Assembly (NCBI GenBank): GCA_043821285.1
Contig: JBDRCZ010000027.1
Location: forward strand, 18,988-82,987
Direction: 5' to 3'
Origin: Candidatus Omnitrophota bacterium
GTDB lineage: Bacteria > Omnitrophota > Gorgyraeia > B26-G9 > JBDRCZ01
DNA: 64,000 bases
The notes below the pieces were generated by a model. That model did no database searches. It saw only the letters and a list, made by a program, of their open reading frames with translations, and was not told the DNA's origin. Shown here piece by piece: positions 31,301-46,300 of this stretch (positions within the stretch are counted from its first letter, which is position 1; the number at the start of each line of letters is the position of its first letter). The translations under genes were made by a program, and so were the position numbers.

Positions 31301-34300
31301 TATTGCATTTGATCAAGCGTGTATTGATGCCCTTACAGCAGCCGAAGATAAAATGGCTGGGCTTACAGCTAACCAAGAGGCCGCACGTCAGAAATATATA
31401 GATAACCCAATTACCGGACAAAAAGGGTTAATTAGTAGATTTAAGGATAAATTAACAGAGCTTAATGGATGGATAACTGATATTACAACAATAGAACTGC
31501 CAAAATATGATGTTTTTATTACAAATTTTAATGCAGCATTACAGAAGTTTAATAATTGGCTTAAGGATTTTGATGCTGGGGCAGCAAAAGAACAGGCAGC
31601 AAAAACACAACTTGAACAGGCAAAGCTTAGATATGGAAATCCGAGTCCTCCAGCAAATCCTACGGATTCGAATTTAGTAAACCAAGGCTGGATACCCGCG
31701 TTATATTATGACCAATGGTGGGTGGGAGTAAAAAAAGGTGTGGCAGAAGGAGCACAGAGTAGAGCACAAGCTGAGCTGGCTAAGGCAGAGGAAGGAGTTG
31801 TTCAAGCAGAAGAATTACTGCAGAGTTTAAGGGCTGGATTAGACGAAGTGCGGAAATTACCAGACACAATTAAAGTACCAGCAACACCAACAGTAACCCC
31901 AACAATAACTCCGACAGCAACAGTGACAGTAACGCCAAGTCCGACAACAACAGCAACGCCTTTACCAACTGGAACACCGAGTCCTGCGGCAACAGTAACG
32001 CCGGTAACAAGCCCAACAGGCACACCAATAGCAACGCCATCGCCAGCACCGACGTCGGAACCAACCACAGCGCCAGCAACGCCATCGCCAGCATCGACAA
32101 CAGAGCCAGCCCCGGCAGCACAATCACAAGGTGATACAACTACTGAAACAACTACTACTGTGCAATTAAACATTGGGTCCTTAAATATTAGTTTTGCCAG
32201 AATATTTGGGCAGAGAGGAGCAAGTACTGGTTCTGCGGGATTTAGTATTGGACCGTATGGTTCAGGCGGACTTGCTTGTGTAGGGTTAAGTGTTATGGGC
32301 GTGCTAAGGACCGCGGATATACCAGATGACACAACTCCTGATACTGCTGCAACAACCAGTGATACAGACACAACAGATGCAACAGATACGACTACACCAG
32401 ATGGGACCACAGATGTATCACCGGAAGATACAGCACCAGTTATGATGGATATTTTGAATGCAGAAAAGATAGATAAAGTTGCATTCTTTGAGGCAATGGT
32501 GAAGGTTGCTGAGTTTGGGGGCGCGACGTTTATACAAAGAGGGGGAGAAGAAGATATTGTTATTGTAAAAGATGTAGATGGAACTGTGTTATATGAAAAT
32601 AGTTATAAAGAATGGATGGGACATGTTGGTAGTGGTCATGTTTTTGTAGGGGTGTCCGGGGCGAAGGCTTATCGGGAGGCTGTAACAAGAGGCGGCTATT
32701 CTGAGATAACTGAGAATAATGGGGTAAGAAAGATAACATATTCTACGGTTCAAAACGGGTACACGGAATTACTTGGTAGTGGCGCAACAGCAGAATCGCG
32801 TACTTCTCCCACAAAAAGATATATGGAGGTAAATGTACATGGGGCAACGGTGTTAGCACAGATGCTTACTGTGGGCGGGTATATGCAAAAAGATTATAAT
32901 GGCAATCCGGATATTGTAGCCGTGCATTTGTCCCGGGCAGTAGAGATTGATGGAATAACTTCGGACATCTTTTTTGTTACGCCAGTAGCAACAGCTCCTC
33001 CTGGTGACCCGGGAGATCCTTATTCAGCAGTTTATCCGGATATGACCCCGGGAATAGAGGGAACAAATAATGTGCTTAATGCCATGAAAGGGAGTTATTC
33101 ATTTGAGGTACAGGGAGACTGGACGGTTTGGACGAGTGTAGATGTAAATACAGGAGTTGTTACACAATTCCGGACACCAGCAATGCCGCAAACCACAGGG
33201 CATGATTTTCCCCAGACAGGGGGATTAGCAGGTGTAGATGCTTTACTTAATGCGATTGGGGATGAAACAACTAATCGGCATTCTTATTCATTTGAGGTGG
33301 AAGAAAACAGGATTGTTTTAACCGTGGTTAATGTTGATACCGGAGAGATAACCACTTCCTATCTTACGAAGGCTGCGGATGGAACCCCAATAGGTATTGA
33401 TATTGATGATAAAGGCGGAGTTGCGGCCCGGTCGCGGATTAAAAAGGCATTAGAAAATAGTTATGCAATAGAAATTCAAAATGTAAACGGTAAACTCCGG
33501 GCATATTGGACGGTAGTGGATGTAGATACAGGAAAGGTTATTGATGATTTTTATACTGCGGCAAGCAGTACGATTACTCCTGGTTGGGATTTTCCCTTAA
33601 CCGGCGGGAAGGCAGGTATTACAAAAATCATCGCAGCATTGAATGGCAGTTATTGTATCCTTGATTCAAATAATGGCGTGACTAAATGGTTAGTTGTAGA
33701 TGTGACAACCGGGGCAAAGCAGTATTTTTATACAGCAACTACTGGAGATAAGCCGGTTCCGGGGTATGATATCCCGGATATCGGCGGTAAGCAAGGTTTA
33801 GACTTGATTGTTACCCGGGCATTGTCTAAGCAATATGAGATTGTATTACAGACAGATAAAGAAGTAGCACAATGGAAAATTTATAATATTGCTACCGGGG
33901 AAGAAATTATCGGGCAGGGCTTTTTCACTGCGGCTAATCCGAACAGTCCTGCTGCGGCTGGTGGTATGATATATGCAGTAGATGAAGATTCGAAATATAA
34001 CTTTGATAAACAAGGGGGAAGAGAGGACTTAAAAAATGTAATCTTTGCCTTAGAACATAGTTATATATTTAAAGATTTAGGTGATGGCCGAATAGAATGG
34101 ACCGTGGTTTCAGATGAGGCAGACGGCACATACAAGGTAACGAAATTCTTTACCCGGAAGATAGATAATATTATCCCGGAATATAAATTGGATACGGTCG
34201 GGGGATTAAAGGCGATAGAGTTAATACTCCAGGCGTTAAATTCAAGTTATAAAATTGTTAAGACAGAAAATGGGGTTACGGAATGGCTGATGGTGGATGT

Positions 34301-37300
34301 GAAAACCGGTGAGGTAAAATGGTTTCATACTGTGGCGGTGGATAAGATTCTGCCGGGATTTGATATCCCAAAAGTTGGAGGTATTGAGGCCGTAAAAATG
34401 ATAACCAAAGGTTTAAATAGTGCCTATCGGATATTAGGGGAAGTTAATGGGGTGACGAACTGGGTGATTGTTGATCCGGAAGTACCCCCGGATAAGGGAG
34501 GACTAGAATATTTCTATACCGTTGCCTTAACTGAAGCAGAAACAGATGAATATCCCGAGTTTAAGGTGTCAAAGGTCGGGGGCAAAAAATTAGCCCAGCA
34601 GTGGCGAGATTATGCCTTGCCCGGTACCTATAAGATTGGCGAACGTATTGGTCCTGAAGCTCCGCTTACAAATCAAAATGTCGTGCGTTTTGACGGCGGG
34701 ATGGCAACAATAGTAAGGGTTATTGATACGTATACCGGTGCGGTTAAGCATGTATTTTTTTCGCCCTATATGACCCCGGAAGAAGTAGAAGAGCTAAAGC
34801 AAAAAGATCCGACCTTTGTTTTTGATATGACCGGCGGAAAAGAACTGTATGAGCGGCTGTATAATAGCCAGGCAATGGCATTAGGGTTTAGCTTTGGCCT
34901 AACGCGGGACGAAGGCGGGGTAACTGTGAGTCAACAGTTAATTATCTTTGACCCGGATAGCGAGGCAATATCAAATAGTCTTTATGTGCCATTTATGACG
35001 GAAGCAGAATGGAGCCAAAACCCGAGCACGCGGTTAGATATAACCGGCGGGATAAAACTGCTGCAAAGAATAAAATTAGCTATGGAGAATGCGTATAAGA
35101 TTGGTGAACAGATTACCGTAACAAAAGATGGGGTTAATTTAACACTACAGATTGTGCGGGTCTGGGACCCGCATACTGGGGAGGCGGTAAAAGACCCGCT
35201 TACCGGAGAAATGATTGACCATTTTTACATGCCGGTAATCCCGGAAGAATTACTGGATATTATTTTTGAAGGCCGTGAAGAAGAAAGAAAGGAATTTGAA
35301 GAAAGTAAAACATTAGACTTAGCCAGCGGATATAAGCTGATTGAAGAGATTATAATAAAGGAGATGTTAGAGGGGGTTTATCGCTTAGGCGAGCAGTCAA
35401 AAGAAAAGTCGCATTTAATGGACGTGTATTTGATTGACCCAGATAAACTGGACATAGATACAAAATATGTGCCGTTTCTTAGTGAAGCAGAACGTGCTCA
35501 GGTACCAGAGGATGACCTTCTGGCGCAGCTGTTAAGTAAGGTAGATTTAGTCGGCGGCTTAGGATTAAATGAGAAAGACCGGGAATTGCTTAAAGGTACC
35601 TATAGAATCGTGGGGCGCCTTAGTGAAGAGGAAGGGACTCCCGAGAAATGGGGGGGTGTTGTGCATATCTATAATCCGAAAACAGGTGAAGTTACCGAGG
35701 AATACCGGCCGTATCTTACACCAGATGAGGTAGCTTTAAATCCAGATTTTGCCATACCGAATGTTGGCGGAATAGAGTCATTAGAAAATTGGCGCAGTGG
35801 GATTATTGATGGGTATCTTTTACGGCCTACGCCAATTGAAGTAAAGGGAGAGAGAAAAAATAGTTTTCTGGTCAGGATAGATACGATTGATATTGAGACG
35901 GGTGAAAGAGATCAATTTTTTGTTTCTTATATGACACCAGAAGAATTAGAAAAAGAATTAGAATTTAAGCCGCCGTTTAGTGTTAGTTCGAGATTTCTTA
36001 GAGAGGTTAGAAATTCTTTAGACACCGGCGGATTTTATCTTAGGGACCGGGATGAAACCGATGAAGTGGTTGAGTATTTAGTTTTTGACGGGGAAGGTAA
36101 TGCTGCTCGAGAACTGCACGTTTTTGAGATTCCTGAGGAATATCAGCGTATTAAAATACCCAAAGCCACTGCGGGCAGGGGAAATTTTGAACTTTTCAAG
36201 CGCGTATTAAGAGAAGGCGGATTTGGGAAGAGAGTAAGTGAGGAACGCCTGGCCCTTTATAGTGTGGCGAATGGCCATGAGGAATTAATTGGTCATATCC
36301 CGTATATATTTGGGGATAAAGAAATAGCAAAGGGGTTTGAAAAATTAGAAATTGGTGAGACTGTGGCTTTCCCGGGTGTAGACGGGGCGCAGTTTATGTT
36401 GGATATGATTACTGGATACGGCGGGTATATAAAGAGAATTAGTGAAAACGTAGTAGAGATGGGTAATACTAATGGTGAAATAAAATATGCCCCATATACC
36501 GAAGAAGAAGGTGAGCCGGGCATGGAAATTGGCGAATGGGTGCCGATAACCGGTAAAAAGGCCGCTGAACTAATGGACTATTTGGCCACAGATAGTAATG
36601 GCGGCAGGATCACAAGAATTGATGAATATTTTTCAGAGGTTAAGGTATTTTATGAAGACCGGACAGATAGATTTGTAGTTCCGTACGTACCACTTAAGTA
36701 TCGTTCTGAGCATGAATGGGATGAATTAAAGCAGAGGATGCAGGAACAATTTGGCTTAAACGAAGAAGAGATGCAGCAAATCGAAGGGGTAATAAAGGAA
36801 CTTAAGGCAGAAGAACTTAATATTGGGGAGTATGTTTCCATATTTAGTCTGAAAAATGCTGAAACTTGGCGCCAGGTGAATGAAGAAAGCGGTTATTTTG
36901 TCCGGGATGGGGATATTGTCCGGATATATAATTTAAAGAGCGAATTAATCGGCATTGCCCCTTACCAGAATATTGCGGAATTATTGCGGCAGCAGAAACA
37001 AAAAGAAGGGGAAGAGCCGGAAGAACTAAAGGAATTAGCAGATGGAGACTGGGTGCCGATATTTACCGCGGAGCAGGCCGAGGCAATTATTAAATTAACC
37101 AGAGAAGGCGGCCGGGTAAAACGCTTAAGTGCTTATATAGTTGAGCTGCAGGATGAGTATGGGAACCACCTAATGCTCGCACCATTTGAAAACCCCAAAT
37201 TTAGAAAACCAGGAAGACTAGAACAGCCGACACTGCCGGTAGGCAGGAGTATTGGCGTGGGCGGGGCAAAACTTCCGCGCATGTACAGTGAGCCAACAAG

Positions 37301-40300
37301 AGATGGTGAAGGCAATTATATATATGAGGTAACAGATTTAATCGGGAATAAATGGACCGAGGTATGGAATAAAAATGCCGAGACAATAATAATAATCCGC
37401 GAGGGCAAAGTAACTCAAACCTTGGCATTCCTTGGCGATGCTGTAGATATACCCGCGAAAACTTTAACCATTGATGTAGATGGCAGTAAAATCCTAAAAG
37501 AATATGACCATGAGAGATCCCGAGAGAGTGGGATGCGGGTATATAAGGTTACAGAGCTGAATGATGAGGCAATGCCGGAGGATGATATTATTACTTATGA
37601 ATATTTTAATATTACCGGACAACTCGTGAAGACCGAAGGTCTCACCATGGACACAATAAATCATGAATTTTTAAAAGACGGCCAGACGGATGTTGCGAAA
37701 AGCGGAGAAAAGAGGAATAAAAAAGGCGAACTTGAAGAGACATTTGAATTTGCCTGGCGGGTTTATATGGGGGAAGATAGTGAAGGGAATAAGATTTATG
37801 ATAATGTTTATAAGGTTACGGAAGTAAATGATGAGGAGACAACAGAAGATGATGTTATTAAATATGTGCAGTATGACAGCCGGGGTGAGGCGCGTGCTAC
37901 TTATTATCTTGGTACCGAAGTAGTAAATGGAACAACAGTAGATGGTACGGTAGTCATTGACACGGGTGCGTCTACAGACATACTTTCTCCAGAGATACAG
38001 AAGAGATTAAAAGAGAGAATAAGAAAGAGAATAGTAGAAAGATACAAAAATGAGTTTGTTGATAGCTATATAGCAGAGCATGACTTGACCAGAGAAAATT
38101 TTATTAAACTATTAGATGCGAACATTGTTGAAAGGCTGAAGCTGGGGGTGGTTGATAATCCGGGATTTAGAGAAGAGTTTGAACAGGAAATTAATGCATA
38201 CTTAAAATCTGTACAACAACAAATCGAAGACGAAGTTGCGGCAACATATGATAAGACATATAAAGATAAGTCCTTAAAGCCGATTTACTATTTTAAATGG
38301 AATGAGGAAAATAAGGGGGTTGATATTTTAGAGGGATTAGGGACTAAGGGTTTTGTTATTGACTCTGGGGTGCGGGTGTTTAGTATTGAAGATAAACATG
38401 TGCCGTTTGCCTTAATTCAGGAAATAGATAATCTTGGTGATGTGACCCGGGAATTCGGTATTGTTGACGGCAAGGAACAGTTTAAGATAAGATTTGGCGA
38501 GGGATTATTTATTGTTTCACAAGAAATTTTACAGGCATTAGAAGAAACAGAAGAAAGAGGAGCAGCTTATACCGCAAAATTAGAGCAGAGTAGATTTATT
38601 GCCAAACAGCGGGTATCTGAGTCACAGGAAATACAATATGATGCCCTGCCGAATGAATGGAAAGAAAAGGTAGATAAGATTATTGCGGATTTAAAAGAAC
38701 AGGGATTTATTCCCCCTGACCCGCAGAAGCTTACCTGGATGGAAATCCGGACTATTAACCCGGAAAAACCGGATGATGTATTAGTTACTTCTTATCAGGC
38801 ATTTAGCAAAAAAGATACCCCAGTAATTAAGATTGGGGGGCAGTATTTTAAATATGAAGGAGATAAACAGGCGAAATATGAGAGTCTGATTGATATTGAG
38901 GTTGGGTATGAGGATAAACTTTTGAGTTTGCGTTTTGATTTAGATTTAGTTGATGAGAATTTTAACTGGCGGAAAAGATTAGAGGCATTAAGCTATCACA
39001 TTACCCCGCATGAAGAGGTAATCATTGACCTCTATAGTTCGTTATTGTTTAAGGATTTTAGAAATAAGACGGATGGGTTCTGGGAACAAAGAAAACACTT
39101 GATTAAAGACGGGTTCTTTAATTATGACATTGACTGGATGTTAAACAATTTAAAGGATATTGCCCGGCTAAAAGCAGAAAGAACGGAAACATTTAATTAT
39201 GACACTTATAAATACGATATTACGCTGCTGATGGCATTAGAGGTTCCCGCGGCCCCGGTAACCTACATGCATATTACTAATGATAAAGGCGAAGATGTTA
39301 TTATTGGTAAAGCAGAATTAAATGACATAGATTTTACCCGGCGCTTAATTAAATCCACGAACATGATCAGTTTTTACCGCGATGAAGCCGGGAAGAAAAA
39401 AGCCGCAGATATTCCGTATATTTCCATGCGTGATTTTAAGGGCAATGTAGGGGTGCAATTTTACTTAACTGACGAAGGACCGGTGTTAGGGATTTACTCC
39501 TGGGATTTTGATAAACACGGTATTAGTGATAAATCAATGACCGTATTTAAAACTACTGAGGGCTGGCAGCTATTAGAATCAGCATTTTATGAAGGCGTTG
39601 CGAGCATGCCGCTTAAAGGGTTAGATGAAACAGAAAGTATGGAACGGGTATTCTTTTTTAATGGGATTAGATTTGCGGAAAATATTGGGTTTGAGGTTAA
39701 TGAAAATGATTTATATATTGAACCGAGCAAGCTGCAAGAAACACTTGTCGCCGTATTAGCGGACCCGGTAAATATATTAGACAGGCATAAGATTGGGAAA
39801 AACGGTGAAGGTAAATTAGCTTTAAGATTAGACGGTTATAAATTAGATGACTATGGAAAGGCAATGGGTGATCCTAAATATGTTGCCTTTGTGCTCTACA
39901 AAAAAGGAGCGCTGATTAGTGCGACCGAGGCCGGGCCTTTACATTTTGGATTTGGTAATGAAAGTTATGTTTATTTGTACGATCCGGGTAAAGGATTTGA
40001 TTTGCCTGAAGAGCAGGATGTGCTTAAAGGACTTAATGCTGCGAAGTATAGCGAGCTTAGCTGGAATGCGCAAGTTCAGAAATGGTTAGGCTATGATATG
40101 AATAGTTGGGAAGAGAGCAATTGGGTTGCGCATGCATGGAATCCCCGGGTAGAAAGCTTTGAAAAAGCCGGGACGATTAAACCGGAAACCTGGGCACGTT
40201 ATCCAGGAAAAGAAAAGACCGGTATTTTTTACGATGTTATAGACCATCGTGCGGGTAAAGAAGGTCTTTATATGAACGCACACCTTATCTCCAGTGGTGT

Positions 40301-43300
40301 GCTGGTTATTGAGGCATATGAAAGAGTGGACTCTGAATTTATGCCGGATGCTTTCAATATACGCCGGGTTCCACAATTAGTTATTTATGACCCCAACTCC
40401 GCACATATCCAAAAGCCAATAATAAGTATAGAACAAACAAGCGGGAACTCGTTAGCAGAATTTGAGGTTTCAGAACCAATACTGGTAAAAGAAGGAGATG
40501 GATACATTTGGGTTGTGAGGATAACTGTTAATGGATATGAACCATTTGATCTATTTAAAATTGTGCAGAAAACAGAATATAGATATGTTGCCATAAACAC
40601 CGGTACCTCACACGGACCAGTACTGATTAATAATCAACACCTGTCTGCTCCAGCAGATGAGCCAGATACTAGTGCTGCTGTTGTTCCAATGTTTGTTAAT
40701 CCAGTGCCAGATTTGGCAACGTATGAAATTTGGGATTTTGAGGAACACGAAGGCCATGGGATTGATATCCCAGTCGTAGCAGGAACACCAGTATATGCAA
40801 TAGCAGACGGTGAGGTAATATTTTCTGGTGAGGATCCAAATGGTAAGAAGGGCTATGCGGTAATTTATGTAACAGAAATTCCAGATGATAAAGGACAGAT
40901 GGAAAAATATGCCGTAGTAAATGGGCATTTAGATGAACACGGGCGCATTGAAGAAGGACAGCAGATTTTTGCTGGTGATACGATTATCGGCAAATCCAAT
41001 GGAGCAAAATATCAGCCGGGAGTCACGCAAGATAGTACTGGACCACATTTACATTTGGGGATGTGGCGTATTACAGGTTTAGAACATTATTCTAATCAAG
41101 AGATTGTCAAAGCGATTTTACATTATAATAGAAAGAGTTCTATAGATCGACAAATAGTTCCAAAAAGGCGGGTAGATCCAGAAAAAGTTTTAGCAGATGC
41201 CGGGGCAGTTGATATCAAAGAACGGGAAAAAGCAGTAGCATTAGCAGCAGCGCAATCCTCACAAAAGACCCCAACACCAACTCCGCAAAGAATCGCTTAC
41301 GCATATGCCGTTAATGGTTTGCCAGTGACACTGTCAGAGTTTTATCTTCATCAACAGACTGGCGGAGCAGCTGCACAAGAAACCCTGCAACAAGCTGATT
41401 TATCTTCAGAACAGAAAAATGGTACGGATAATAGAGCATTATACTCTCAAAATAGAGCCGAAAATAAAACAGAGAATGCAAATAATGATAAGAGAAATTT
41501 TGTTATGATCATCGCGGCATTTTTAGGTTCAAGGCTTATTATGCAATGCATCTACTGGGGGATCCGGTATTTTGGTCTGCTGCCGAAGCTCAGGAAGACA
41601 GAAGAAGAAAAATTGATATACAATCCCAAAAATCCGATGGCAGAAAGAAGACGGGCAGAAAAATTACTCTGGACCAAGCCGGCCTTTAGCACGTACAGGA
41701 TTAGTCCGGAAAATGCAAATCAGGTCATCCATGAATTAAGAGAGAAACAGGCAGCAGAACAAGCAGGGCAGGCGGAACCCGAAGATACAATAGTGGTAAT
41801 AATTGAAGCTGATGACGAGACTATAATCTATAATCTTACTCCGGCGGAAGCTGATGAACTGGGACGCGCGTTATCGGGAAATGTAGTATCTGAGGAGAAG
41901 GCCGGTATAAATATAAAGATTGAAGTGGAAAACTATACCTATTCTGAAGGCCCGCTTGAGGGGAATTGTAAGGAACAGCTGCGGCACCTTTATTATTTTA
42001 TTATGGAATGGCGAAGATTAGAAAATGAGTGGGCGGAAGATGACGAGCACTTGCTTGGCGGGACAGATGAGTGGCTTAATGGTCTGGATGTGTTTTCTAA
42101 TCTGCTTTCTTTCTATGTAAGAAGAGTGGTATTTGAAGGGGAAAAAGATAGCCGGATTACAGAAGACAGCAACCATATCTTTGACCGGATGAATAAACAT
42201 CTTGGGGAACTCACAGTATTCGTACGGGAATTACTCCAGGAGTATAAAAATGCGGCAACTGATGAGGAAAGAACAGGGATTAGTGGGACAATAGGGGATG
42301 TGTTAGGAGAAAAAGGGATTAAACCAAGAAAAGCGGAGTTTATTATTCCGGAAAAAAATCTCAGAATTATTCAGCAGTTTATCCAGGACACTATAGATGG
42401 CCGGGACACTGACACTGACACTGACACTGACACTGACACTGACACTGACACTGACACTGACACTGACACTGACACTGACACTGACACTGACACTATTGTA
42501 AGAGAGATGCAAAGCATTATCGGTGAACAGTTGCTTGTAATATCAAGGGATGATACGAAGGTTGAGGTTACAAACAATAATTGGGAAAAGATTGTTGTCT
42601 TAATCAGTAATCAACTCGATGGCGTAGAGGCAGCAGATATAACTGATGTTGTCGAAAAATATAAGTTGTTCAAAAAAAGAGAAGGTTACGACCTTTTGCC
42701 TGTTTTTGCCTGGTTTCTTGACCCGATCCGGCTGCTATTCATGTTTGCGTTTTCAGGATTAGGTATTGCAATCTGGACAAATAATGATTTTATTGGCGGA
42801 CCGACAGTATTACAATTTTTGCCAGAGTTATTTTCCGCGATTTTAGCACTTAATATTTGCGGTGTGCCTTTCTGGCTGCTGGGGCTGGCTGGTGCAGTAC
42901 TTAATTATATTGCAAACAAAGTAAGTGAAAAGGCGCGTTATCCGGGAGAAAATCCGGTTATTTCTTTTTTGCCCCGGATAGTGCCAGTAAGTTGGTTGTT
43001 TGGAAAAGATGTTGTTAAGGGAAGGTATACTTTTGAGATAAAGGAAGGACGCGGATGGGATCCTACGTTCTGGAGGGTAGCATCTTATATTTTTAGAATG
43101 GTGTGTTCTTTAGGCATAACACTAGGTATATGGTTTGTGGTTATTCCTAATCTGATTACCCCGGGACATGATATAATTCAATGGCTCATCGCCGGAATAG
43201 TTTCCCTTATCGCATTGTTAGACTTTTTTGGCTTATTTTTTATTTTAGTAAATAATGCCTTATTTGAAGGGATACAGGAGGCAGTTGAATCCAATAATAC

Positions 43301-46300
43301 CAGTAGACAAATGCAGCAAGATCAGGGTATAGCTAATAGAATACGCGGATTGTTTATGAGTATCCTTAGGTTAATACCTATGCGTGGGCTTAGATTTCTT
43401 AACTCACTTAATTACACTGCCTCCCGGCCGCTTTCAATTATCTGGCAGTCGATTAATTATCATTATCTTAGGCCAACTGCTCCGGCAGGCGGCTGGTATG
43501 GGCAGATTGGCGCGATTGTATTTGACACACTGATACATATCATTTTCTATACTGCGGTTATCTTTATTGGACAGCAGGTAGTTCAACTCTGGCTGGTAGA
43601 TAGGTTTTTATTACCGATTGACTTTTTTGGGACCCTGAAATTAGCTTGTGGGACGTGGATGTTGATAACTGGCTTAGCTATATTATTATATGCCTGCCAG
43701 GAGGGGGTTGTTGCGATAATGAGTTTGTTCCGAACCTTACATTTTCGCGCGGTTGGTATTATATATTTTGTTCTAGCGCTGATTTTAGCAAATTCTGGGG
43801 TGTTATTGCAGCCATTAGTAGATGCCGGGATATTGTCAGCAGGATTAACCGCCGGGATATTCCCCGCGGTAGAGCTATTTCTTGCTAATTCTGTATTTGG
43901 TGTGACATTAGGAATGTGGCTGATTATTGGAGTATTGTTAGTTATATTCTTTCCATCAAAGGTTAAGAGTGTTGCTATACGTCTAATACGTCCAATAATA
44001 CGTTTAATACGTTCAATAATAGGTCTAAAGGAGAAAATATATAAGGATATTCATGACAAGACCGCATATCTATTTCAAGCCGGACAGACGATAATGAGCC
44101 GTGTGTTTAGCGTTGGTGTTGAGCGAGCAACCGAAGAGTTAATGAGCGGCTACCGCCGGCTTATAGAGTTAGAGGCCAAAGATATAATCCAGGGCATTGG
44201 CACAAGGGAAGAATTGAGAGCATATCTTAAGCTTCTGCATACCCGGGAACTTGAATATGAAGTTACCCTCTGGCACCCAATACAATTAGTTGTCGGTGAG
44301 AAGAAAGAAAGAGCAGGCGATGACCCGGAAACCCTTATCCCGCCGCCAGAGGTCCAGATTGTTGTACGTTCTCCCGAGGAGAAAGAACAGATTATCAAGG
44401 CCTGGAACGCAAGAAGGATAATTGTTTCCATGCTTGCGGAGGAGAATAACAGTCATGATACTGGTATTAACATGGTTGAGATGGCATTACAATTAAAACA
44501 AGCAGAATTGGACGATAAAATTATAATGTTCCTGCTAAGTAATAAGTATAGTGATCGTTCAACAGAGCCTTCCCGGGTAAATTATGCTCCAAAAACAGAA
44601 TATGGACAAAGAAACAAGTTTGCCCGGTTAATTCAGGGAGTTACCCAGATTCAGGTAGAGGCGCATTATAACTGGACGACCTTTGGCACTAAGGCGCTGG
44701 CGATGACCGGTATTGATACAAAACCTGACGAGGTTATCCGGATTGATTCTACGGTTACGCTGGATAGAAATGCTAATGCATATAATTTCCCGGCGCATAT
44801 CCGCGATGTAAAGAGAATACGCGCTTCCCGGGATTTGGCCGTGATTGTTCCTACCCGTTCTACCACGAATAACCTGGCGAGTGTTGGCCAGAGCTCGGAG
44901 TTAGTAGAAAGAGGACATGGTAAACATTTAGAAGGCGTAATGTTGCTTGGCGGCACAGGTAGTGAAATTGTCCAGACCGGCTGGGCAAACATTGCCTTAA
45001 TTCTTTACGGCTTAATGCTCTATGCCTATGCCAATCCTAATCAGCCGATATATCCGCCCAGCTCACGGATTAAAGGCTGGAATAGTAATAAAGGATGGTG
45101 GGAGGATTTTTGGAGCCGTAATTACGGGCTTATTCCGATATTCCATAATGCCACGGGTATTTCTGAAGACCTGCAATTAGCCATATCAAATATTAGCGCA
45201 TTAATTGCCTTAGGCTATAGTCCAAAGATTGGCATATCTGAAGCAGACTATTATAAATTAAGAGAGGCCTGGGTTTTGTTAGAACAGTTTACTGCTTTTG
45301 GCCGCTGGGCAAATGGGTGTATGTCCACAGACCAGAGCCAGAGAATACAAGAAGCATTATATTTTGGCTCGCCAAGTTTATATACCAAAGCAGGGGCGGC
45401 TTATCGCGGTAGATTTTTCAGCATGGCTATTCTCTTTTTATCATTTATTGTTGCACTGCCTTTTTCCGTAATCCTTGGTTTTTCATCTTGTATGGGGGTT
45501 ATCCTCTCTTTAGTTAGTCTTGGTGCAATGGCAAATCAGGTGCTTACCTTAAATGGGCTGGTAGCTTATTTAGCCAATGCTGATTTTAACCGCTATATGG
45601 GGGTAATTGGTACGATGATTGCCGGGGGAGCAATTTTCTTATGGGGACTTAATCCGGCACTGCTTATTGTAGGCATGCTCATAGGCGGATATAGTATTGG
45701 TTTTAGCCGCTGGATATACACCCGCGGCCGGGACATCATCCTTTTCCCACAGCAGCTGCTCATTCATGCAGTAGCACAAATTTATAGATTTACCCTGCGT
45801 TTTAACATATCTGCAACTGGTGGTTTTGAAGGTGTAGATATACGGGAACAGCTCGTAAAAAGACCATACGATAATTTTGTTAATATAAAATGGATATTCT
45901 GGTTATTTGGGGTAGGGGGGTATCTTTTAAATTTATATGCCCTGCATGTTAGTGCCACATTAATAAATGTTATCTTTTTATTACCGTCGCTATTATTTTT
46001 CTCGGGGTTATTAATTGGATTATTTGTAACCAGTGTACCTGTTGGCAAGAGTATTGGTGCGTGGAGTTTTTTGCCCAAGACATTAGGTTGGCTGAGCGGC
46101 TATGTTATTTTAGGTTGGTTGCTCAAATGGAGCTTATTAGGGGGTGGATGGTCGCTATTGTCCAGCGGGGGAGTATTATTGATAGCAGCTCTTTTATTGT
46201 CTTGGGTGCTCAGAGACGTGCAGTTTAAGGGAATAAAAAATATAGTTAGCCCCATACATAATTACCTATTTAGTAAAATTGAACGGATGATGCAAAAAAA

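Noticed and set aside
31802-32410. 202-aa Val/Gly-rich minus-strand ORF
   Set aside because: Antisense of the Pro/Thr linker of the giant gene
42303-42577. Minus-strand poly-(SV) ORFs
   Set aside because: Antisense shadows of the (GACACT)15 repeat
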